Source: Camelus dromedarius
Taxonomy: Eukaryota
Assembly: GCF_036321535.1 (NCBI RefSeq)
Contig: NC_087447.1
Coordinates: forward strand, 44,890,001-44,950,000
Direction: 5' to 3'
DNA: 60,000 bases
Shown: one piece after another, positions 36,137 to 48,824 of the stretch
Position numbering within the stretch: the stretch's first letter is position 1
Layout of the letters: each line of letters starts with the position of its first letter
Program-made: the position numbers and the translations under genes
Notes under the pieces: model-generated
Seen by the model: the letters and a program-made list of their open reading frames with translations, nothing else
The model's database searches: none
What the model was told of the DNA's origin: nothing

Positions 36137-38990
36137 TACTCCTCCCCTCATGTTGGAGATCTCAGGAGCTTTACTGATTTCAAAGTCATCAGTCTCCTTT
36201 CGAACACTAAGCAGAGGTTAACTGGAATCACTCCAGTATTGCTATTCCTTTTAGTAGCCACAAGGAAGCTCTGTTGAATTGCCAGCAATGAACCTTTTTC
36301 TTTACTCCTGGCAGTAATACCATGCTGTTTAGACTCCCTGGTTGCCAGCCTTGATATCCCACACTGGGGCTCTGAGATCACAGCTCTGATCATTAACACC
36401 GATATACATAGAATATATCCGAAGCCAAAATGTATCAGATGACAATGTGCTAAGAGGTGCCCAGACCTCACTTTTATGGATCTGTGAAAAACACAGTTCT
36501 ATTCTCTCAATAATATTTAGGTCTTTATTTTGAGCATTGGTCACCAGGATAGACTCCCTTTTTCCTCCGGATATTTAATTCCCAGGGAACTTTTTGCTCT
36601 CTCTTGCCACTTGGTTTTGAATTAAAGCTGCTGTGTTCTGGAATACGGCTCAATGGTTTCAGATTTTCCTTCTCAAAAGGTTCTGGGATTGACACAATGT
36701 AAACTGACTATACTTCAATAAAAATATATATTAAAAAGTTCTGGGTTGCTCATGCAAATTTCTCTTGCAAATATGACAAACCTGCAAACCAGGGAGTGAG
36801 GTGATTGGCTTTTGGAGGCTCCACCTCCCCTTCCCATGTTCTTAGTACACCTCCTTCCAATACAGTTGGACCATCATCAGCCTATTATGGCAGTGACTCT
36901 TCACAGATTTTCTCATTTAAACTGACAGAACATCTACAATTTACCAATTTAAAATGCATTTAGTTAATGCTAAATTCATCCAACCAAGACTGTGATAAGA
37001 GGACATTTTTTAATGCTATGAAAACCTCATGGCAGAGTTGAATCTGCCCTTTACAATCTGGCTTTTAGAGTAACCCTGCTCCCCATCCTCTTTATCTATA
37101 TATGGATTCACCCCAAAGCCTATCTTAGGACCAGTGTGTCCAGTTTCTTGAACCACCTGCGCTGGGTTTGACAAATCTGTGCTAAATTGTGGTCCTCTTA
37201 ACCTCTCTTCTTAAAACCAGAGTGGAGAGCCAACCTTAAGTACTTGGATTGTCTGTTCCTCATATTTAGGGCATGACTTCTGTGGAACTGGAGATCCATT
37301 ATAGAGATTATTTGTTGACTCTTCACTTACCAACTTCAGTATCACAAGTAAGAGGATGTTTACTGAGCCCCTGGGATGTGCCAAAATTGTGCTAGCTACT
37401 GTGAGGAATGACAGCTGGTGTACTGGCCCCTTATATCCTTACAAATCCCCACAATGAGCTGGCAGTATGTATCCCTGTGTGCGCCCAGTTTGAGTTGAGC
37501 TTTGCATAATTATGTTGCCTATTTGCATTGATCTGGAGAAGTCTAGATTAGGAATTAAGATCAAAATTTTGATCAACTAACAGACTTTTCTTTGAGTCCC
37601 TTCTGGGTTTGCACCCAAGAAAGCATAGTGGAGATAGAAAAAGGACTCCTCGAGACCAACAGAGTGGATTAGATGTTTGAAAATATACCCTTACAATACG
37701 TACCATTTTCATATGAGTTATTTCCTTTATAATAGCTCTTTTTAAAATTTTATTTTTTATAATCATCCACAGAAGGCTCTTATAAAAGTTAAATATTATC
37801 ATGCACAGACACTGGTACATTGCAAATGCTCAAAACATTTGAGCTTTTAATTTCATTATTATTATTATCAGTATATAAGGACATTTCTGGAAAACAGTGT
37901 TGAAGTTGGCCCTTCTGTCCTTTGAGGAACGATAGGAGATGGTAGTGGATAAAACTCTTTGGGCAACCACAAGATGGAGAGAAGCTCTGTTAGAGAATTC
38001 CTTTCTAAAAAATGGCAAATACGGAGTCACACCTGTGACTCTGGCTTGAGTAAAAGAGAACCATGTCTGAGGATATTAAGAACCTCTATTTGTTGGGAAA
38101 TGTCATTTTTCATTCCTGATATTCTTGAGTGTGGCTTTGGAAGAATCTGCCCCTGGAGTCCATGCCAGTACTGAGTTGTAGTTATTTTAATTCCCACAGT
38201 ATGGGTCAATGGATCTCCATTCCTGCTGCTAGTTTAATGCCAAATTATTTCATAACTGCAAAAGCTGCCCGTATAACATGATGTCCTGTCTCTTCACCTG
38301 CCTGACCTGGAGGACTCGATTCTGTCTCCAGTTCACCTGGAGGCACACTGTACCACAGGGTGCTGCTGTGACCATCTCTTGTGATGTCAGAGATTTCAGA
38401 CTCAGACTGGTTGTTGCTATGCACAGATTAACTCTTGTATCTCAGCCCTAAACTCCCATCCGAACTCTGCTTTGTGATTCTGGGGCTTGGCCTCTCGGAC
38501 CCTTTGTCAGTGGCTCCCTCTTACCTTCCACCTACAGAGAGCAACTAAAAAAGTCTGGAAGGTTGAATCAGGGAGGGGATACTTGCTGCTTCCTCTCCTG
38601 TCAGTATCCCTCAGCAATGACTCTTCATCCTGGCCATGGAGTTGGTTTTGGTCTCTGAGATTTGTTGGTTGTTCGGTTGTTTGGGTTTTGGATTTTGTTT
38701 TGGTTTTGGTTTTGGTTTGAGTTTTAGAACTCCCTGGATCAAATCAGCCTCACTGAACTCCCTCAGAGGTACCAGCAGCAGCAGGATGGAGTCCCTTCCT
38801 CAGAGGTCTTAGTCCCAGTTCTAAGGGGCACCTCCTCTGAGCTCCTGTGACACTAGTCCTAGTTAGAGGTAGTGCCCTTCCTAAGAGATCTGAGACACAG
38901 CTATATAGGCTCACCTTCAACCTTTTAGGTTCTAATGACCCAATCTCTTTCCAAGTGTGAGGTCTTCATTCTTCTCTTCTTCAGTGTCTG
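36137..38990 (-). mobile_element. Ancient, degenerate LTR-retroelement remnant (family uncertain)
   Basis: Minus-strand polypurine-tract-like GAGGGGAGGAG at ~36149-36139, preceded by a decayed PGDQ-like reading; ERVL-LTR-like repeated cccttcctcagaggtc.../cccttcctaagagatc... at ~38790-38910. No intact ORF. Confidence 0.35.
36688..36732 (+). mobile_element. 45-bp L1 3'-terminal insertion with 13-bp TSD
   Basis: attgacacaatgtaaactgactatacttcaataaaaa flanked by AAAAGGTTCTGGG (36675-36687) and AAAAAGTTCTGGG (36733-36745). Confidence 0.75.
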
Positions 38991-38994
38991 TCAT

Positions 38995-39980
38995 CACTAA
39001 TTTACATTTTGTCTTTAAAATTTTGCCTAGTGTGGACATTTAATATAATTGGAATCATACAGTGTGTGGCCATTTGTGTCTAGCTGCTTTTCACACAGCA
39101 TGGTGCTTTCAAGGTTCATCCATTTTGTAGCAGGTATCAGTACTTCATTATGGCTGAATAATATTCCATCATATGGATATACCAAGGTATATTTATCTGT
39201 TTATCAGTTGATGGACATTTGTGTTAATACTACTTTTATGCTATTATAACTAATGCTGTTATGACATTCATGACAAGTCTTTGTATTGATGTATTTTTAG
39301 ATTCTCTTGGGTACAAACCTAAGAGTGGAATTTCTGGGTCATAATGGTTACTCTGTCTTTAACTTTTTTGAGAAAATGACAATTTTTTTTTCCCAAATGG
39401 CCAAATTATTTAACATTCTCACTATCAGTGTATTTATTCTCCACATCTTTATCAGCACCTAATATCAGTGCTTTGACAATAGCTCCCTTGTCAGTGTAAA
39501 GTAGTATTTCATTGTGAATTTGATTTGCATTTCCCGATCAACGAATGATTTTGAACATCTTTTCATGTGATTATTGGCCGTTATATATACTCTTAGGAAA
39601 AATATGTGTTCAGATCCTCTGCCTAGTTTTAATTGGGTTATTTGCTTTTTACTGTTGGATTGTAAGAGTTCTTTATGTATTCTGGATACTGGAACCTTAT
39701 CAGGTATGAGATTTGCAAATATCTTTTCCATTCTGTAGGCTATCTTTTCATTTTCTTGATGCTATCCTTTGAAGAATTATGTTTTTAAATTTTGATGAAG
39801 TCCAGTGTATCTGTTTTCTTTTTTCAGTTGTTTGTCCTTTTAGTATTATAGCTAAGAAACCATTGCCTAATCCAAGGTCATGAAGATTACTCCTGTGTTT
39901 ACTCCTAAGAGTTTTATAATTTTAGCTTTTACATTTAGGTTGTTGATACACCTTGAATTAATTTTTGTATATGGTCTGAT
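38995..39980 (-). mobile_element. Older LINE-1 3' portion (L1MA/MB-like)
   Basis: ORF 39465-39731 is ORF2 C-terminal-like (MEKIFAN, HMKRCS, REMQIK); gctaagaaaccattgcctaatccaaggtcatgaag. Confidence 0.85.
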
Positions 39981-40718
39981 TTTATTTACTTCTTACTGTA
40001 GCATTTTATAGATTTGAACTGATTTTTCCTATTTCTTGTTATTTTGCTGATAGAATTCCTAGTACAAGAGCACCCTCTTCTGTCAGTATCATAAAGATAA
40101 GTTTATTTAAAGATAATAACTTTGCCGGGAGGGCAGGGAGAGGTTGACATGTCTTTGGTTTTCTTTTGTTTCTTTAGGATCTTTTTTCCTCTCTCATTCC
40201 CTCCTTTCTTTTGATTACCACATCTCTAAGGAGGTCCCTCTTTCTTCCAGTTATCTTCTCCTTCCCCAGAAGCAATCAATGCACTTCTGAGGCTGTTACC
40301 TCCAGTCCTACTCACTTTTGAGCCACTTTCCTGTAGCCAGTGATGTTTTCAGTAGCATCTCTGACGTATGTTAGATATTTTAGAAGTTGGTGTAGATATT
40401 TTTATTTCTGGACACTTCCTTTATGCTATGTATGTGTCTCCAAACCCTTCTCCTCTTTTTCACAATGCCTTTTAAGCCTCGCACTATCCACAGTCTGAAC
40501 CTAAAGTCAGTGACAACTGTGGAAGCTCCAGCCGAAACTTTTTTCTCTTAAAATACTTTAAAATCCTGCCATTCTCTGTCTTCTGTTAATGTTGAAGGGG
40601 TGAGCCAATGTGGTTTTATTTATACTCCTTCTGATATTATTGAGAGAAGATTTTTTTTTGAGAAGATGTATGGTGTGATTCAGAATCCAGCAACCATAAT
40701 TTCCCTAAGGCCAACGAA

Positions 40719-40727
40719 TACACACAT

Positions 40728-40779
<52 letters not shown>
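40719..40779. repeat. (CA)n microsatellite
   Basis: Directly visible. Confidence 0.95.
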
Positions 40780-40782
<3 letters not shown>

Positions 40783-40841
40783 TCCATACCTTCATCTGTA
40801 TGTACATATGTGTGGGTTCACAACCTTGGGCATTTCCAAGG

Positions 40842-41223
40842 TGAAATCTGCAACTGGCCCCTGTATATGGAAGGCAAAGAGACACCAATGAAAGAGGCAG
40901 ACCACTCCAGAGTGGTAGGTGACAGTTTTAATAAGCAAGGACCTTACATATGAGGTTGCAAGATGAGTAGATCTCTACCTCAAACTGCCAAAACCTTTAA
41001 AGTTTTTATCAAGGTTTTAACTGGGCTCAGTCTTATATTCAGTCCAGATGGTCTCAACAACACTTTACTTTCTCAAGGCTACGTCCTTGGAATAGCGCCT
41101 AGTGTGGGAATGCTGGGTAGAAGGTACATTCCAAGAACAGGGGAAGGGGTGAGGAGCCTTCTGTTGTCCAGGTCCAGCTGGCAGGTCAACAGACAGTCAT
41201 GTCCTCCCAGTGACCTCCTACCA
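40842..41223 (-). mobile_element. ERV1-type solo LTR
   Basis: TG...CA termini; near-TSD AAGG (40838-40841) / TAGG (41224-41227); ATTAAA on minus strand (tttaat ~40927). Confidence 0.65.
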
Positions 41224-41364
41224 TAGGGGCCATCTATATGTTTGCAGTTGTTACTCTGTACACTTTGGATATTATGTCTTTAACTGATTTTAATGTCTCA
41301 TAGGACATACCAAGATTTTTATATACTTTTTTAGTTGACAACACTGAAGATTTTGCTTTTTTTC

Positions 41365-41545
41365 CCCATTTTTTTATTGAATTATAGGTGATTTACAATG
41401 TTGTATTAATTTCTGGTGTACAGCATAGTGATTCAACTGTACATATATGTATGCATACATATTCTTTTTCATATTTTTCATTACAGTCTACTATACTCCA
41501 TTGAATATAGTTCCCTGTGTTACACAGAGACTTTGTTATTAACAA
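41365..41545 (-). mobile_element. Artiodactyl-type L1 3' end
   Basis: tttttattgaattataggtgatttacaatgttg, ggtgtacagcatagtgattca, ttgaatatagttccctgtg. Confidence 0.8.
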
Positions 41546-43669
41546 CTTTTTTTAGATCATTCTGTCAAGATTTTTTGGAAGGAGATTATATTACCTTCAA
41601 ATGATAATGAATTTTATAGCTTTTTGAATAAACATGTTTTCTTCATTAACTAGTTGAATTTCATTGTATCACTGTAATTTCAAAAAGCTGACTGGAAAAA
41701 CCTTAACTTATTTCTGATTTTAATAGAAATTATTTACTTAAAAAGGAAGAATTTTTCTCCCATGTTAATAAACTTCCTTTTTATTATTATTCTATAAACT
41801 TTAAAAAATAATTTAGTATTTTGGACTTTTTCACTAGCCTCAAAATATATGGCATTAAGTATATAATATTTATGCATTAAATATGATATGATGTGTTTAA
41901 TTTATACATTTTCTAATATTGAATCATTATTCTTCTCTGTAATTAGTCCATATAGGCAGTATAGGATATAGTTTTAAAACTTGGAATGTGAAATTAGAGA
42001 CAGTAGCTCCATGAGATCAATGAAGAAATTTATCATTTTAAGGTCTTAATTTTTACTTATGTAAACTGACATTAATATTATTATCTATGTTTTAGGGCTA
42101 TGTTGAAAATTAAATAAGGTAATGGAAATAAAGTAGTTGGTACTCAGGAAGTAATCTTCCTCTTTCAATAATGTCTATATTAGCTTCTTTTAAAAATATA
42201 TAACCAAAATGCTTCATCAAATTTAGTTACATGTTTCTGTCTGCATCTGTATGGGTGGTGGACCTGTATTTTTCTTTCTTCTCAATATTTTATTCTGAAT
42301 TTTCTTTCTTCTTTATTTTCTAAATTTGTTATCAGGAGAATGTTAATTTTCTAAAATGGTTTTGAAAGCTTTGCAAATTTTTAAATATTGCAAAACAGTT
42401 AAGAAACATATGAAAAGTTATTGTGGCCTACTATCCTACTTAGATGAAAATCTGCAATGACTATTTTTGTCGTCTTCCTTCATCATTTTGATCTGCTTAG
42501 TTTTTTCTAAGTCTTGTTTGTGTCAATATTGTAATTTCTATTTAGAAAATAATCTGGTCATTTTCTTTATATATTTATACAAAATATTATTTTTCTCTGT
42601 TTACTTCCTCTCTCAGTCTACATTACCATTACATCTTCACCCTATTGTCTGCATATTCCTTGCTCATTCCTTGAATTTCAACCAGAGTCCCATTTCCAAT
42701 TAGAAGGCAACTTTATGTTTTTGCAGCTTCTAGAATATCCAAAGAAATCAATTAACCTATCAAGCTTTCAAACTGGAATGAGAATGACTTTGTATGTTGT
42801 CAGCGGCCACTCTCTTACAGTCTGCCCTAAAACTCACCCTAACCAGACTGAAGGGCATGAAGTTTCACTGAGTCGTCAAGCCCACAGAGCAGTCTCTTAA
42901 CTCCTCAGGCTTTATAGTCTCCTGACCACAAGGCTCTCACCAAGGTAAGGACTGAGTCCCTAAACACCCCCAAGCACTGGGTTCATCTGAGGCTTGAGAC
43001 CTCATTTCACACCAGTGACTCTACCCTCAGATTGGATTTAGTTAGCTAAATCTATATACACCAGAAGTAACAACCACATTAGAAATACATTAATTTATTT
43101 ATTTCCAAATCTTTTAATGTTTTAGAATCTGCAAACATTTTCACTTTTTTCTTTTTTTTTAGTTATTTCATTTGCAGAGATACTGAAACTCAGCAAGGTC
43201 TAAGTGACATTCTCAGGTAAACCTTTCAGTTGAAGCCAAAGCCTGAATTACCACTGTATCCTGCTTGGTTTCCATGAAATTAATCATTTTCATAGTTATG
43301 AACTTAAGCTTCTGACATGTGAATGAAGAGAATGTCCATGAGAAAGAAAATTATTTAAGGTAGTTACTAGGGGCACAACTTTTTGCAAAGCCTTTCCTCC
43401 CTTTAGGGATTTTTTAGTATCAGTACGGTTTAAATATGAGAAGTTTTTTGCTGTACTTTTCCTGTGATCAAAGGTAGAGTGATTATTTTGGACTCTTTGA
43501 GCTGTTCCTATGGGGTGTAAAAATTATGACTAATGGGGATAAATTCTGTGTGACTGGCTTGTGTGGGAATGCCAGAGGAGTTTAACAAAAATATTTCCAG
43601 TATTTACTTCTGCTTGGACCTGTTATTGCCCTGCTGAGTGATCGTGGAAGACTTTCTTGCGGTTAAATG

Positions 43670-44612
43670 TCAATAGCTTTTAGGGTTAAGCATCCTAAGT
43701 ACTCGCTCTCTTATCTGCTTTGTCCTGACCCCATAGATAACAGGGTTAAGGGCAGGGGGAACGACCACGTATAGATTGGCTAGAAGTATGTGGATGTAAT
43801 GAGGGACGCTGTGGCCAAAGCGGTGTGTCATGAAGGAGAAGAGTGCAGGCAGGTAGAAGGCCAACATGACACAGACATGGGAGCCACATGTGCTGAGTGC
43901 CTTCAGCCGGGCATCCCAGGATGGGAGGTGGAAGACTGCTCTGAGGATTTGGACGTAGGAAAATCCGATCACAGAAAGGTCAATGTAGCCCACGGAGAAA
44001 GCAATCAAGCCATAGATAACATTGACCCTAATACTAGCACAAGCCAACTTTGCCAAACCCATGTGTTCACAATAGGTGTGAGGGAAAATCCAGACATCAC
44101 AGAAAGGCAGTCTCAGGATGAGAAATATAAATGGAGTCACAAACACCAAAGTCCTGACTATGATGACTATGCCCAGGATGGCTATCACCTTGTTGGTGAG
44201 GGTCATGCTGTACCTCAGGGGGTTGCAGATGACAATTATCGGTCTATGGCCATGACTGTCAGCACCACTGACTCCCCAGGCCAGTGCATATATGGATCAT
44301 GTACATCTGTGTGATGCAGGCACCAAACACAATCTCCCCGAGATTAAACCAGAAAATGCCCAGCATCTTGGGGATGGTGGCTGTGGACAGGCCAAGATCA
44401 GTGCAGGCCAACATGGCCAGGAAGTAAAACATAGGTTGGTGGAGGCTGCGTTCAGTCTGGATCACAAACAGGATGGCAGCGTTCCCCAGGAGGGCTATTA
44501 GATACACTGCAAAGAAGGGGAAGCCTATCCACACATGTGCATCTTCTAGCCCCGGAATCCCTATCAGAAGGAAGGAGGAGGGATGGAACTGTGTATTGTT
44601 GGGGTGCAGCAT
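43670..44612 (-). pseudogene. OR52E5: Class I olfactory receptor OR52E5-like pseudogene (two frameshifts)
   Basis: N-half ORF 44259-44612 ([31 protein letters not shown]) and C-half ORF 43670-44206 ([36 protein letters not shown]). +2 G in GLES (run 44274-44277) and -1 nt in the DRY Tyr codon (44236/44237); length 943 = 3n+1. Confidence 0.9.
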
Positions 44613-45407
44613 ACCTGTGGGAATTGGTTATAGACACATTTCTTGCAGTTTTCTTGTTTCCAGTGAGAGACCCTAACCCCTTTCATAGCACGTTGCCTAT
44701 TTTCTGGAGGAATAGAAAATCCATTCTTTAATTCCATAATATAGCAGAGGAGACCTAGAGAGGAATATGAGGCAGAGTTAAAAGACACTCTCACTTCAAA
44801 GTATTTGCCTCACCTACATAGAAAACCATACAAAGTTTTCAAGGTACAGCAGTCCTGCATATGTCTCTCTTCCCTTCAGTTTCTAAGGAAGAACCTTCAT
44901 ATGGCATTAAATTAACAAATATTTATTGTCAATTATATCCGTTAGTCAGGATGTAAAGCCTAAACAAGATGGTGTGGGTGTGTGTATGTGTGTGTGTGTT
45001 TGCAAAAATCACAGGACTGGGATTGAGGTAGATGGTTCCGGAGAATGATATGATACATTCTTGAAAAATACACCTGAAAAATTAAGAAAATGGCATGTGG
45101 GAGGGAATGCAATAAAGGTGGAGGATTGGCTAGTGGTGTTTGGATCTAAGCTAAGGAATAGGATTAAGAAATCGAGACAAATTGGGAGACTGTTATGTAA
45201 CTCCAGCAGAACAATAGTCCCTCTTAGAACCTCAAAGTCTTGTAACTTTTCCCATGTAGCTTCAATCACCAAAGTAGTTTTTAGCCCAGATTTAATGACA
45301 AACTATCCATAGAGCCTTTCCCAGTTGACTTATTTTATGATTATTTATTCTTTTTATTATTTTAATAGGTTTGTTTATCTTTCTGTATGTTATTTATCAC
45401 TAGTTAC

Positions 45408-45590
45408 CGGTAGTTCTTAAAGTGTAGTCCCTGGGTCATGGGTATCAGCATCATCTGGTAACTTGCTATAAATGCCAATTACTGGACACTACCCCAGACT
45501 CACTAAATCAGAAACTTGGGGGCTAGGATCCAGTAATATGCTAATAAGCCCTCCATCCAGGTGATTCTGATGCTCATTCCAGCTTACAAA
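45408..45590 (+). mobile_element. MER5A-like hAT DNA transposon
   Basis: gtagttcttaaagtgtagtccc, agcatcatctggtaacttgctataaatgc, actaaatcagaaact, ccaggtgattctgatgc. Confidence 0.85.
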
Positions 45591-45759
45591 AAACACAGCT
45601 AGGTATTTACTACTAGGATATAACTTCTTTGAGGTCAAAATCAGTGTCAGATTTATCTTCATGGTTTCACAATATTTTATATAGCGATAGACAGCGATCA
45701 GCATTAATTAGCAAATGGAAGTTAAAAGTTTATTGGAAACTATCTTTCCTATTATTGTA

Positions 45760-46200
45760 TATAGGGTCCTAGATAAATACAAACTGAGTTATAGAACTGT
45801 GTACAGAAGGATTTTGGAGGAGTTCTCTGAAGAATCATTCCTGTAGAAAAGTTAGAATGTAGAACTAGGTCAAAGGAGGAGCTGGCTCACCATGAGGTTG
45901 CATCTGAGGCCTCCACTGATACAATGGGAAGTTCTGGGGCTGGAATGGCCCTTCTGTGTCATCCCAAAATAAGGCAAGGATGCCAGTTATTTGTACTCTC
46001 ATGGTATCCTGTTATTTACCATGGGCTACCCTGTATGATGGGACAAAATTTTGGATGAGGTTGTTTCTTGGGTCTGAGGACAATTCCAGAGAGCGGTGCA
46101 GTTGTGAGCTCCCAGTATCTGATATTCCCAGCAGCTGGGAGATAGGTGCATACATAGGTCCTGAAAACAGATTTGGGAGGTGTGGCACAGGGTATACTAC
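45760..46200. mobile_element. MaLR (MLT1-type) LTR fragment
   Basis: atgggaagttctggggctggaatggccctt and cagttgtgagctc...cccagcagctggga, typical of old MLT1 LTRs. Confidence 0.55.
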
Positions 46201-47259
46201 AGATAGCGTTGTGTTTCTACTCTCTCTTGGCTGTATCTTCTCCTTCAGTCTTGGGAAACACCCTCTGCTTACTTACTTGTCTGCATTTGAACTTCATACG
46301 TCACTTTGTCTTCTTTCTCTACTTGCAAATATTCTCTGTATTTCTTGTGTTGGGGCAAAACTTTAATTTCTTCCTGGCTATGTCTTGGAATAAAATTCAT
46401 GTTTACTCTTAGTTAAATAAAAAAGTCTTCTTAGATACATCAGATATAATTTGCATTCCCAAGGCGTGTGCATACACACACACACGCACTCATACACACA
46501 CACGTATTTTGATATATTGCAGAAAGGCTTACAAATCTTAGTTCACTCCAAACAACTTGCCTTAGAATGCATGTTCTGTTTTTGTTTTTTTCTGAACTGA
46601 GATTGAATCTCCTGCAATCTTCACAGCTTCATCTTTCTTGTCGTTGGGAGGCCAGAAATAAGTAAAGATCTTGCATGTGGCATGCAAACCAGGGAATGGT
46701 AATCTCTCATTTATTAACATCCTTCTCATCTTCATGACGTGTTCCCCTCTCTCAGCCTTTAAAACACTTCTTCCTTCTGTTTTCCTTCGAATTCTCAGAA
46801 TGCTCCTTGAACTTTGCTTACTCTTTGTCTTTCTTTATTTTTCCCTTAAGTAGTATTCTGTCCTTACCAGTCTCTACTCAGCCAGTAAGCTCCACAAGGG
46901 TGATTCCATTTAATTCTCTGACTATATCATGTTTTTTCCTGGTGATTCTAAAAAATATGTTTCTAGAAGACTTCTCCAATTCTCTCTATATTTCTGGTTG
47001 CTTCATAGGGTGTTTCCCCCAGATATAACTGAGGCACATTTTATTTATCCAGCTCTGTATAAGTTGGTCATCTCTGCTCTGAAACCATTTCTCCACCATG
47101 TTCCTCACTCCTAGCTGATGATGTTACACACATAGTGCCCCAGGAAAGAACCCTTCGAGACACCCTCAGTGCTTTCCTCTTTCTATATTCCCTTATGCTT
47201 CAGATCAGACATTCATCAATTCCTGTCAGTTCTCCATTTAAACACACAAATATCATTGG

Positions 47260-47950
47260 GTAACCTCTAGATGTTCAGTATTAGCGGTCACGGTACTGGC
47301 AAAATCAAATCCAGGTCTTGTTCTCTGAACTATGTAGTCTAATGTGGGAGACCAACACTAATCAAATCGCTTAAATAAATGTAAAATAACAGTTGGACTG
47401 CTAGGAAGAGTTACTGTACACTCTGAGCCTATTTAACCCAGTCAGAGTTCACGGGGAATGCCTTCCAAAGAGGTGTTAACTAATATGATAGCTGAAGGAT
47501 AAGAATTCACTAATAAGTAGAGAGGACACTGAGCAGAGAAAAAATATGTCTGGTTAATAGGAACGAGGTGTGCAAAAGCTGAGTGACGGGAAATTGCATG
47601 GTAAATATGGGCGGGGGGTGAAATGCCAGTAGAACTAGGGCTTAGAAAGCAAGCCCAGGGTGGATGGGATGAGATGGAGGTAGGAAAAGATCATGTAAAC
47701 CCTTGTGGTTAATTTTAAGTTTTCTCTTTATCCAAGAAACAAAAGGGAGAAATGGTAGGATTTTAAGCTGCAGTGTAACTTGATCCAATTTACATTTCAA
47801 AAATATAACTCTGGTTGCTGTCAAAAATGTATTAAAGGCAGCAAGTGCATTTGCAGTCAGATCAGTTAGAAGTTTATAGCAGACGTCCAGGGCAAAGATA
47901 ATGTTATCTTGTACCACACTGCTAGTGTTGGAGATTGATTTGAGCAGGTC
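47260..47950 (-). mobile_element. L2 LINE fragment
   Basis: ttttaagctgcagtgtaacttgatccaatttacatttcaaaaatataactctggttgctg, gtccagggcaaagataatg. Confidence 0.65.
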
Positions 47951-48824
47951 AGTTTTGTAGCTGTTTAATAAGGCTAGTCTTCAGAAATAGCTACCAAATC
48001 TGCTTTTCTTCCCCTTCTCAACTACTGAGTTAATTAAAACTTCTATAATCTTACCTTAACACATTCTATAATCCATCCCCCTTCACAAATGACCCTCAAT
48101 AGTTTTCCTTTTGAAAAACATACGACTGATCAATATATAATTAATAAAATGTGACTGAGAAGCAGTGATTCATACTGTAAGCAAAGGGAGCAGAGGGCTC
48201 TGTGATGAACTAGGGGAGAGGGACTGAGGGCTTATATGTAGTCTGAGAAGTGCTCTCTTTGCTCCTGCCAGTGACTTAGGGTAGGCAGGAGGGTGGGTGT
48301 TACTTCACCTGGTTGGACTTACCATCTTTTTCCTGCAATAAAAGATTAAGTTCATGTATCGAGGTCCTGACATTTTACAGATTGTTACATGTTCTAATAA
48401 TGACTTCCAATTAGTTGACTCCACCTTCTATATTTTGGATCATCTGTAAACTTATACTACCACCACCCTCTGCCTTCATCTATTATATTATGGAAGTTCT
48501 CAGTTAATAATCCTTTAACTCATTTGACAAGTATGTTATAGTGGTTATCATCTGCCAAGTACTGCTCCAAATGTGGGCATGCCACTTAGTCCAAGCCCCC
48601 GGTTTCATAGAGCTTAAAGTCTGGTAATGCCAGTATTTTGCTTCTTGGCCTCATATAAGGTTTCTACTTAGTTACCCTGACATTTTAAAACAGTCATTGT
48701 AGGGAAATGTTCTAAAAAGTGCTTTGGTATTTTAAATATATTATGGTTTCAGAATGCTCCTGGTCAATTTAAGCTTATTTTCATTGGCAGAAATTATTGT
48801 CTGTCTAGGTCACTGCCTGTGTGG

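Noticed and set aside
43790..44314. Antisense ORFs over OR genes (also 9067-9453, 22593-22846, 56108-56437)
   Set aside because: Shadow ORFs caused by the codon bias of the OR coding strand.
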